A DNA stretch of 20,000 nucleotides from an uncultured virus (IMG/VR IMGVR_UViG_3300048606_000139). Lineage: Duplodnaviria > Heunggongvirae > Uroviricota > Caudoviricetes. The DNA is taken from IMG/VR virus record IMGVR_UViG_3300048606_000139; one strand, written 5' to 3'. The translations under genes and the position numbers were made by a program. Every line of letters starts with the position of its first letter. Position 1 is the stretch's first letter. The notes under the pieces were generated by a model. That model searched no databases, was not told the origin of the DNA, and was given only the letters and a program-made list of their open reading frames with translations. This document shows positions 7,247-14,400 of the stretch, one piece after another.

Positions 7247-8082
7247 TGACGGACCCCGTCCAGCGCGGCATCGAGCAAGTCGCTCACGCTCCACATGGTG
7301 GATGAAATACCCGCCGCCATCGCGGGTGTGGTGCGCAACGTCTTGTGCTGGCGCACGAAGTTGTAGTGCGCGAAGTGGAGAGCGGTCGCTGCGATGTGGT
7401 TCTCGATTTTCTTCGAGAACGCGTTAGTCAGTCGCGTGTAACGCCGCACGCCCATGCGCACGGTAAGGTTCTGGCGCTCAACAAAGCTGGTCGATACAAG
7501 CTCTGCGACGGGCGATCCGAAGATCGGTGTCTTCTCTGTCGAAACGACCTTGGGCGGCGAGTAGCGCCCCGGGCCGGAAGGCTCGGCTTCGTACTCCTTA
7601 TGGAGCTGCGCATAGTCGACGCCCGTATCGGCAAACGCCGATCCGATCGCGTCGATGTACGTGCGCAGCCCATCAGTCGAAATCTGCACGCGGTTCTTGA
7701 GGCGACTCGCCACGTCGGAAATGAACGCCTGCGTGCATGCGGCATCGCGCTTCCCAACGAGGAAACTCGGCACGAGCTTAGTCTCGGCGTCGAGTGCTAC
7801 GAACGTCCATGCGTCGCCTACGCGGCGCGGATCGTCGTTCTTCGTGACGTGGCGCTGCTTCTTGCCGATGTACGCCCACAATTCGTCGATCTCTAGGCGC
7901 GTGCAGTTCAGGTCGCGCATGGTTTCGTCGAGCAGGTCGGCGCAGCCCTCGCCTACACGCACAAGCAGCGTGTCGATCGTCTTACGGTTCACGCCCGTCA
8001 TGCGCTCGGTCGAGCGGATAGAGCAGCCTTCAACCAGGGCGTTGATGACCGCGATCTGCTTCTCTCTGGGCAACACGTTCAT
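7243..8082 (-). CDS. IS1-family DDE transposase (single ORF with N-terminal HTH)
   Basis: LVEGCSIRSTERMTGV HTH; EIDELWAYIGKK, ISTDG and STSFVERQNLTVR give the DDE triad; RRYTRLTNAFSKKIENH. Appears intact. Start 8082 or 8088. Confidence 0.92.
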   Translation of the reverse strand: MNVLPREKQIAVINALVEGCSIRSTERMTGVNRKTIDTLLVRVGEGCADLLDETMRDLNCTRLEIDELWAYIGKKQRHVTKNDDPRRVGDAWTFVALDAETKLVPSFLVGKRDAACTQAFISDVASRLKNRVQISTDGLRTYIDAIGSAFADTGVDYAQLHKEYEAEPSGPGRYSPPKVVSTEKTPIFGSPVAELVSTSFVERQNLTVRMGVRRYTRLTNAFSKKIENHIAATALHFAHYNFVRQHKTLRTTPAMAAGISSTMWSVSDLLDAALDGVRQ

Positions 8083-8090
8083 ATACATTG

Positions 8091-8135
8091 TTGTATGACA
8101 ATAATTAGGAACGCGCAAGCCTTTTCGTCATACAA
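8091..8135. promoter_or_regulatory. Transposase promoter region with 9-bp inverted repeat
   Basis: TTGTATGAC (8091-8099) and GTCATACAA (8127-8135). Minus strand reads TTGCGC-17-TACAAC, ending 7 nt before ATG 8082. Confidence 0.45.
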
Positions 8136-8158
8136 AAACGATGGCAAATCGCCTTTGC

Positions 8159-8491
8159 TCACCCGCATCGCCCGCACGTCGGGCACGCGTCAGGCCCCGG
8201 GAAGCGACCCGCCAGCACATCGTCGATCGGCACGCTCACGTGCTCAGCGATCCGCAGCGCATGCCCTGCCTGCGGCTCACGCGCCTTGCAGATGACAGCG
8301 ACGAGACACTTGAACTTCATACGCAGCGCTTCGGCCAAGGCCCGCTGCGAGCCGTAGCGGCGCTCCAACGCGCGCAGTGCTCTACGCACGTGCTGTCGTT
8401 GCGCTGGGCTCAGGCGACCCGTTACGTCGTTGCGCCCGCGCTTGCCTTCGGGGTGTCGCTTCCAAGTCTGCCGCTCGCGCAGGATCGCCAT
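8159..8491 (-). CDS. XRE-like HTH regulator with C-terminal CPxCG
   Basis: LSPAQRQHVRRALRAL..YGSQRALAEAL..ALRIA..VPIDDVLAGRFP..CPTCG. Confidence 0.75.
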   Translation of the reverse strand: MAILRERQTWKRHPEGKRGRNDVTGRLSPAQRQHVRRALRALERRYGSQRALAEALRMKFKCLVAVICKAREPQAGHALRIAEHVSVPIDDVLAGRFPGPDACPTCGRCG

Positions 8492-8528
8492 GCTGGACGC
8501 CTAGCACGGGCTAACTATTAGCCGAGCG

Positions 8529-8553
8529 GCCAGATTGAAAATGGGCCACTACC
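8529..8553 (-). repeat. Terminal inverted repeat (right in window)
   Basis: Reverse complement reads GGTAGTGGCCCATTTTCAATCTGGC. Confidence 0.85.
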
Positions 8554-8694
8554 ACTACGAGTTGCAACTGACAGGGCCGCGCGGGAGTCGTATTGATGTT
8601 GGAAGGGATCGGCGTGACTATTCGCGCGCGGCGCCAGCGGGCGCCCGGGGCCCGCTGGCTGAGCTCAGCGAGCCGAACTCGTGAGCCGTTGGGC
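8554..8694 (+). other. attC site, R'' box truncated by the IS
   Basis: AC-TACGA-GTTGCAACTGAC ... GAACTCGTGAGCC-GTTGGGC. ACGAGTT pairs with AACTCGT; only AC of RYYYAAC remains. Confidence 0.7.
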
Positions 8695-8702
8695 AGACCG
8701 GG

Positions 8703-9116
8703 TCATCTGTAAAGAGCGGAGCCGCGCAGCAGATCCCAGAGGCCGCGCGGATTCAGGATTGGCAGCGGTGCGCGCTTCGCGATCTTGAGTACCGCGGCGT
8801 CCCCGGTTACGAGCACTTCAGCGCGTCCGGCTACAGCTGAGGCGACCACCCACTCGTCATCGGGATCTGTGATCTTGAGTCCGAGGTGCTCCTTCGGCTT
8901 CTTCACGACAACAGACTCGCGCAGCAGCGCTTCGATTTCGTCGATGGTCTTCTTGGGCAGCTTGATCTTCTTACGGAGCTTCTCGCGAAGTTCGCCGAGC
9001 ACTACTTCACCTACGACGAACTCGTGCTCGATCAGCACGTGCGCGAACAAGTCTGCGCACAATCCACGAGTTGCGAATGCCGCAGCAAGGACATTGGTGT
9101 CAAAGAAAACTCTCAA
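8703..9116 (-). CDS. PIN-domain (VapC-like) toxin
   Basis: RVFFDTNVL..E..DPDDEWVVASAVAGRAEVLVTGD; TTG start overlapping the antitoxin stop. Confidence 0.9.
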   Translation of the reverse strand: MRVFFDTNVLAAAFATRGLCADLFAHVLIEHEFVVGEVVLGELREKLRKKIKLPKKTIDEIEALLRESVVVKKPKEHLGLKITDPDDEWVVASAVAGRAEVLVTGDAAVLKIAKRAPLPILNPRGLWDLLRGSALYR

Positions 9117-9334
9117 GACACGTCACGAAACACATCATCGTCCGTGAGGTAGCCCTGCGATTCGGCAAAGGGCAGAACACGCTTGCGTAGACGCTCGAAC
9201 CGAAGCAGCGCGAGCTGCCGCCGCAGCGCATCGCGGGCGAGATCGCTACGCGTTCGGCCGGTATGGGCGCAAGCTCGGTCCAGTTCGCGCTCTAGCTTGT
9301 CATCCAGGCGAATAGTGATGGTCCCAGATTTCAC
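9113..9334 (-). CDS. CopG/RHH antitoxin
   Basis: TITIRLDDKLERELDRAC..GRTRSDLARDALRRQL..GYLTDDDVFRDVS; GTG start at 9334. Confidence 0.85.
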   Translation of the reverse strand: MKSGTITIRLDDKLERELDRACAHTGRTRSDLARDALRRQLALLRFERLRKRVLPFAESQGYLTDDDVFRDVS

Positions 9335-9370
9335 GTAAGACAGTGTAACACAACCCAACGTGGGCGGTAA
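9335..9370 (-). promoter_or_regulatory. Sigma70-type promoter of the TA cassette, probably leaderless
   Basis: TTACCG-17-TACACT with extended TG, 7 nt before the GTG; no SD. Confidence 0.55.
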
Positions 9371-9376
9371 ATGGCT

Positions 9377-9431
9377 GCCCAACTTGCGTTTGCAACCGGG
9401 GGTCCTGCTGCAAATCGCATTGCCGTTCGAG
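9377..9431 (+). other. Short attC site (~55 bp) closing the PIN/RHH cassette
   Basis: GCCCAAC-TTGCG-TTTGCAAC...GCTGCAAATCGCATTGCC-GTTCGAG. CTGCCCAAC is the exact complement of the cassette start GTTGGGCAG (8688-8696). Confidence 0.7.
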
Positions 9432-9450
9432 CACGCACGCGCGCCTATTC

Positions 9451-9532
9451 GTGCACACACGCGTGCAGTCAGAAGGACCGCACGCTGCGTCACCGATGCG
9501 GGCCCCCGCGGCTGACGCGGGGACCGTTGGAC
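9451..9532 (+). other. Degenerate attC site
   Basis: CGCGT[G]CAG pairs with CTGACGCG (one extrahelical G); ends ACC-GTTGGAC; R'' eroded. Confidence 0.5.
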
Positions 9533-9662
9533 GGACTAAACTGGGCGGTCTTATCTGCAGACGTTCGGGCAGCCTTCGCCGGTGCCTCTGGGGCCCGCAT
9601 AACATGGTCCAGCCGGTCCCGAGTAGCAGGGGCCGCGGGGTCCGGCATAAGCGGGTCCTCCA

Positions 9663-9812
9663 GGTTGCAACTGACTAGCAACCGCGTGGCCGCGCCCTTG
9701 CGCTTCGTGAACGCCATCGCAAAAATCGGCGTTGGTATAGTGCGCGGGCAGATGGCCCGCACACTGCGGTTCTGAGCGCGGTCGCTCGCAGTTGAAACCA
9801 GAGCCGTTGGGC
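9663..9812 (+). other. attC site lacking R''
   Basis: GGTTGCAACTGACTAGCAACCGCG pairs with CGCGGTCGCTCGCAGTTGAAACC; R' GTTGGGC at 9806-9812. Confidence 0.7.
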
Positions 9813-9830
9813 GGACATCGAGATGAAGAC

Positions 9831-10061
9831 ATGGGCGCATCGATTCTCCGCCGCGAGTGCAAGGACCCGGAGTGGCTGCTCCTCGCTATGGTTTCTTTCA
9901 TCCTTCTTGTCACCTTGGCGCTTGCTGCGGCGTTGGCCAGGGCCTGTTACCCGAGAGCGGCGATGGTCCTCGGTGCCCTATCGGTCTTCTTATTCGTGTG
10001 GTTCAGGAGCACAAATCCGTTGGACGGACTCGACACAGATCGCGAGTTGCCGATGTTGTGA
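9831..10061 (+). CDS. Small two-TM membrane protein (cassette gene, 3' end probably fused into an attC remnant)
   Basis: ATG 18 nt after R'; two hydrophobic stretches; reads through CAAATCCGTTGGACGG at 10012-10027. Confidence 0.45.
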   Translation: MGASILRRECKDPEWLLLAMVSFILLVTLALAAALARACYPRAAMVLGALSVFLFVWFRSTNPLDGLDTDRELPML

Positions 10062-10075
10062 ACATCGTTCATAAT
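10047..10075 (+). promoter_or_regulatory. Sigma70 promoter with palindromic operator
   Basis: TTGCCG-17-CATAAT; CGATGTT-gtg-AACATCG palindrome at 10051-10067; GTG 6 nt after the -10 (leaderless). Confidence 0.7.
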
Positions 10076-10081
10076 GCCAGC

Positions 10082-10303
10082 GTGACCAAGCGACTTCAGG
10101 CCATCGGCAATAGCGCCGGCATCATTATCGACAAGCCGATCCTCGATCTCCTCGGGATCACTGCAGAAACCGAACTGGACCTGAAGACCGACGGCGAAAG
10201 ACTCATTATCACGCCTGTACGCGACAAGGCGCGGCGCATCGCAAAAGTTCAGGCGCGCGTCGTTCGTAAACACGCACGTACCTTTCAGAAACTCGCGAAG
10301 TAG
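10082..10303 (+). CDS. AbrB/MazE/SpoVT-family antitoxin (orphan)
   Basis: KRLQAIGNSAGIIIDKPILDLLGI..ELDLKTDGERLIITP; C-terminal HARTFQKLAK is typical of Doc-associated antitoxins. Confidence 0.85.
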   Translation: MTKRLQAIGNSAGIIIDKPILDLLGITAETELDLKTDGERLIITPVRDKARRIAKVQARVVRKHARTFQKLAK

Positions 10304-10392
10304 GGAATCTCATCCGGAACGGTTAATAAGAAGGCGCTGGCGAGGAACTTCGAGGCCCTTGCCAGTCCATACGTTGACGATGACCAGTGAGC

Positions 10393-10551
10393 GGCCAACT
10401 TTGGTTTGCAGCTGACAGCGGCTCCGGTGGTGGCGGTGTTGCCAAAGCGGCCGCGCCTGTCGCGCTATCACAACGCCATGCGTCCGGCAGAAGGCCGGAC
10501 GCGTGGCGTTGGGGTTGGGCGCCGCTACAGCTGAACCCTGAGCCGTTGGGC
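10393..10551 (+). other. Complete attC site (159 bp)
   Basis: GGCCAAC-TTTGG-TTTGCAGCTGACAGCGGC ... GCCGCTACAGCTGAACCCTGAGCC-GTTGGGC; preceded by a TGA stop. Confidence 0.8.
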
Positions 10552-10574
10552 GGACCGAGATCGGGAACCATTAG

Positions 10575-10883
10575 ATGACAGCGAGTCGCGGGTGGCGTGT
10601 CGCGATGTATATCGGCTACGGCTTCGGCGCGCTGCTCGTCGTCGGTGCGGGCGTCGCAATCGCAATCCATCTCCATCTCAACCACACACCGCACAGACCT
10701 CGTTCGGATGTGCCAGTGACCTGGGAAGTCGAGCGAGCGCCCGACCCCGAACACCTCATTGTAACGGGACTCAACGTGCGCGTGCTCGAAGCTCGATTGA
10801 ATCTGTTCAACAGTATTGGACTCATCGGAATCAAGTTGACTGGTCGGATGGCTGGATCCCCTGGCAGCAATACGAGTCGCTGA
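10575..10883 (+). CDS. Membrane-anchored hypothetical cassette protein, probably truncated
   Basis: ATG 23 nt after attC R'; N-terminal TM; no downstream attC seen. Confidence 0.5.
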   Translation: MTASRGWRVAMYIGYGFGALLVVGAGVAIAIHLHLNHTPHRPRSDVPVTWEVERAPDPEHLIVTGLNVRVLEARLNLFNSIGLIGIKLTGRMAGSPGSNTSR

Positions 10884-10899
10884 TCCGGCACCGAAGCCT

Positions 10900-11256
10900 T
10901 CAACGATTCGGCTGCGGTCCGTCCATCACTTGAATGACTTCCGAAGTTCCATCGCCGGCGACTTCAAGGAATGTCTTGATGTGCTGGACGAGCTCTTCGC
11001 GAGTGTTCGCGCGCAGCAGCGCGTAGCCGGCTGCAGGCATCAAACTCGACCCCGCGACCGGGCCATCTTCGACGGTGTAGTTGCCGTTCTTGCGGACAAC
11101 CTTCATTCCGGTCTGGCGCGAAAGAATGCCGCCGGTGGTCACCAGGACCCCGGCGTTGCTCATCTTTTCCATGAGCTTGCCCATCTTCGCCATGTGTTCG
11201 GCATCCGGCGGTCCGTCCGGCGCGGCAGCGGGCGTATACAGAGTGAGAAATTGCAT
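10900..11256 (-). CDS. YciI/DGPF-family protein
   Basis: MQFL..MGKLMEKMSNAGVLVTTGG..VEDGP..GYALL..F; AAGGAG SD. Confidence 0.85.
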   Translation of the reverse strand: MQFLTLYTPAAAPDGPPDAEHMAKMGKLMEKMSNAGVLVTTGGILSRQTGMKVVRKNGNYTVEDGPVAGSSLMPAAGYALLRANTREELVQHIKTFLEVAGDGTSEVIQVMDGPQPNR

Positions 11257-11300
11257 GCGGTTCTCCTTGGTTCAGCGTGGCACATCGTATTCAATCTAAG

Positions 11301-11327
11301 GACGAAGGAGCGGGCGCCGCGCCGACA
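11301..11327 (-). promoter_or_regulatory. ECF-type promoter (ECF42-like)
   Basis: Minus strand TGTCGG-17-CGTC upstream of a DGPF gene, similar to the TGTCGA/CG(A/T)C promoters of ECF42-regulated DGPF genes. Confidence 0.55.
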
Positions 11328-11463
11328 CCAGCTGCAGATTAATTCCGCAGTGACTCGTTCAACCCACGCCAGATGCGGTCCCGCTTGAGCTGCAGAATTC
11401 GCAGCGTCCTCCCGCAGCGGCCACGGTGAACGATTCGCTGATCGGCGTGCCCGCGACTTCCCC

Positions 11464-14400
11464 CTATTTGCCGAAAGTGCCGAATTGGTCGTCGGGATGC
11501 GGATTGCCGGCGCCGACCGCGCCGATGTCCGTGTTGCGCGCGCCGCCCGTGTCGTCCGTCGGATCACCGCTATCGACGAGAGGGCTGTCGGCGAGGGGCG
11601 TGTACATGCCGCGGTAGAAGGACAGGATTTGCGAAACCGTCACTCGGCGTTGCCAGATGTCGCCATCCCCAAAGGGGAAGGGGATGATGCGGGCTTGTGC
11701 GAATTTCGGATCCGCGCTGCCGGCGCTTCCGCCGCAGTCGTGGGCTCCGAACGCGGCATTCGCGTAACGTGTCAGATCTTTTGTGTCCGGATTGTAGAAG
11801 CAGTTGTAGTCGGCTTGCGCCCAATCGCCGGGATTGTCCTTGTCCGTCGCGGCAAAAACGTCGTTCGGGTTGTCGTAGGCAAACCCGGTGAAGACGTTGT
11901 TTCGAGCGCGCCCGCCGCTGCTCGGGCGAACCGCCGTGGACTCGACCCAACCGAGACGCTTTCCACCAACGTCCATCGTGTTGTTGTAGAGCCCCGTCGA
12001 GTCACCGAGAAAATACAATCCACCCGAAGGCGAGTACTGACGCTGATAGCCGACGTTCACCAGGACGTTGTGGTGGATCTTGGTGCCTTTTGCCGTGTAA
12101 CGAAAGAATGCTTCGTTGATGTTGTCGACCAGCAAGTTGTAGCGAAAATCGCCGTTCATGCTCTGGATCATCCAGGACGAACCGCGAAAGATGTTGTGCT
12201 CGACGAGCGACGTCGCCGTGGACGAGCCTTCGAAATCGAGGTTGTGGCCCTGCGACCAGGCGTATGGATAGCGGTGGTAAGAGAAGTTACCCCGAAGCGT
12301 GTCGTCGCCACTATTGTCGAATTCCATGCCGGCGCGGACTCCGAGCAGGATGTTGCCGTCCGCATCGTGATCGCCGCCGACGAGCCAATGGCTCGAGTCG
12401 AAGCGGATGAACGAAACGCCGACGTTGTTCCCTTGAAAGAACTTCTGCGCGCTCGAGTTGCCGCTGAGCGTGATGCTCGGATGGGAGCCCGCGTAGTCCG
12501 CCTCGCTGTTCACGGGCGTAAGCATGTTCGGTTGAAATGTATTCCCGCGCAAGATCATGGGGGCTTGGCCGTCGGCGCGCAGTGCGAGCGGTCCGCAGCG
12601 ATCGAAGACCGAGCTCGAGATCTCGATCGCGTTGGTGCCTTGCGCAGTCACATTGATGCCGGGATCGTCCATCTTTCCGAGGCCGATGACGTCGGCATAG
12701 AGGATGGTCAGGTGTCCTTTCCAACCGGTTGCGCTGCGGATGTGCGAGCCGTTGCTGCTCGTGATGAGCGCGCGGGCACTCGCCGTACCCAAGATCTCGA
12801 GGTTGTCCGTGCCGCTCAATACGAGATCGGTCGTGAGATCTCGCGTTGGGCCCTGATGGGTGGGGACGTCGATGACGTTGATCGGAACGTGCAGGCTTTC
12901 GAGCCCTGCGTCGCTCCGCGCGTAGATCTCGTACGATCCGGCGGCGATGCCCGTCACCGTGACCTCATAGTAATCCTGCATGTTCGAGCGGGCAGCACTG
13001 CCGACCAGCATCGTGCCGAGGTAGAAATCGAGGCGCGCAGCATATCCACCTTGAGTAGGCGCGTGGCCCCAGATGCGGATGGTCGCCGGCGCGAAGTAAG
13101 TCGCGTCCGGCATCGGTGTCATCACCTGGACGTAGGGCGTCGTGTAGAAGGGATCGATCACCGCCTTTCCGTCCGTCACGGTCACGATGGCGACTGCGCG
13201 CGCCGCAGGGTCCGCGACACTCGTGGCGGTAATCGCATAGCCGCCCGCGGTCGTCGGCGCCGTGAACAGACCCGCGGGCGTGATTTGACCTGCCGTGGCG
13301 CTGAAGGTGACCGCGTGATTGTCGGTCCCGGTAACGGTCGTCGTGAATGCTTGGGTCGCACCGGCTTTTACGGTCGCCGTTTTCGGAGAAATCTCGACCT
13401 GCGCTATGACGACTCTTCCGCCCGTGCCCCCGGACGTACCGCCCACGCCGCCGGACGTGCTGCCGCTCGCACCGGCGGACGTGCTGCCGCTCGCACCGGC
13501 GGACGTACTGCCGCTCCTACCGGCGGACGTGCCGTCTCCGCCGCGGGATATGCCACCGCCTGCGCCGCCGGACGTCTTGCCGCCCGTGTTCGTGTTTCCT
13601 GCGCCGCCACGCGCGTCGTCTCCCAGCGCGTCGCCGCCACGGGCGCACGCCGACAACGCGACGCTGGTGATGATCACCGAAGCAAGCTTTGCGCGGTGCC
13701 AGCGATTCGCCCGCCGGCTTTGTCGACGTCGCAGCGCGAGCGTGAGCGCGAGCGCGATGGCGAAACCTGAAAACGGCGTCGGCGTGCGGCGTTCGCCGCG
13801 GGAGATCCTGCAGCCGCAGCCGCTGTCGCTCGAGTTGCCGGACGATGCCCCAGCGTGACCCGAAGCCCCGGCGTTGCCCGCCGCGCCGGCGTTGCCCGTA
13901 CCGCCCGCGCCCGAGTTGCGCGACCCACCGATGTTGCCCGAGCCGCCCGCGTTGCTCGAGCCGCCTGCGTTGCCCGAGCCGCCCATGTTCACCGATCCAC
14001 CGGTGCCAGAAGTGGCGATCCCTCCCCCAGGCGCAGGCGTCGCCGCTGGCACCGCGGTGTCCGCCTTCACGGTGCAGCCTCCGCTTGCGGGAGCCACCTG
14101 GAACATCAAAGGATGTCCGGCCATGCCGCCGCCGGCGTCCGCTCGTACGTTGATCACGCAGCGATTCGCGTCCACCGAAGCGGTCACCGACGACGTCGCA
14201 TCCATCGCTTCGGGAGCGTCATACACGACGTGACGCGCGGCGGATGCACCCGGTACGGAGTACGTTAGCATCGCCCCAGCAGCGCCATCCTTGGCGCTCG
14301 AAGCGACGACGTACGTTTGCTTCGATTGGCGATACACCGCGGCACCGATGACGCCGGCGTTCTTCTTGGGCGCAGGATCGAAGTCGTCGTCGTTGAGCGA

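Larger units (their letters stand above)
5003..8553 (-). mobile_element. IS1-family cargo-carrying (transporter) element, ~3.55 kb
   Basis: Terminal inverted repeats GGTAGTGGCCCCTTTTCAA (5003-5021) and the reverse complement of 8535-8553, GGTAGTGGCCCATTTTCAA (18/19 identical), enclose an IS1-type DDE transposase and five other genes. No target duplication. Confidence 0.85.
8554..10883 (+). mobile_element. Degenerate integron cassette array, no integrase in window (CALIN-like)
   Basis: Recurrent attC ends GAGCCGTTGGGC (8683, 9801, 10540) and CCGTTGGACGGACT (9524, 10017), 5' arms TTGCA(A/G)CTGAC, and TA/small-gene cargo. Confidence 0.8.

Noticed and set aside
4993..8563. Target-site duplication around the IS
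   Set aside because: The flanks CAAAATCG and ACTACGAG do not match; the CACAAAATCG duplicate lies entirely on one side.
9857..10081. N-terminal extension of the 148-aa ORF 9857..10303 (likewise 9335..9493 and 18673..18795)
   Set aside because: Family homology and promoter/SD positions support the shorter starts at 10082, 9334 and 18796.
8554..10560. Recurring repeats as a CRISPR array
   Set aside because: Irregular gene-sized spacing, imperfect long hairpins with RYYYAAC/GTTRRRY-like ends and no cas genes; these fit attC sites instead.
11485..13770. 761-aa plus-strand ORF and other long antisense ORFs (715..1536, 14317..15285, 18715..19659, 6181..6819)
   Set aside because: Shadow frames of clear genes on the opposite strand in high-GC DNA; no recognisable motifs.
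13430..13990. G/S-rich tandem repeats as a DGR or contingency locus
   Set aside because: In-frame low-complexity linkers typical of myxobacterial surface proteins; no reverse transcriptase or adenine-specific variation.
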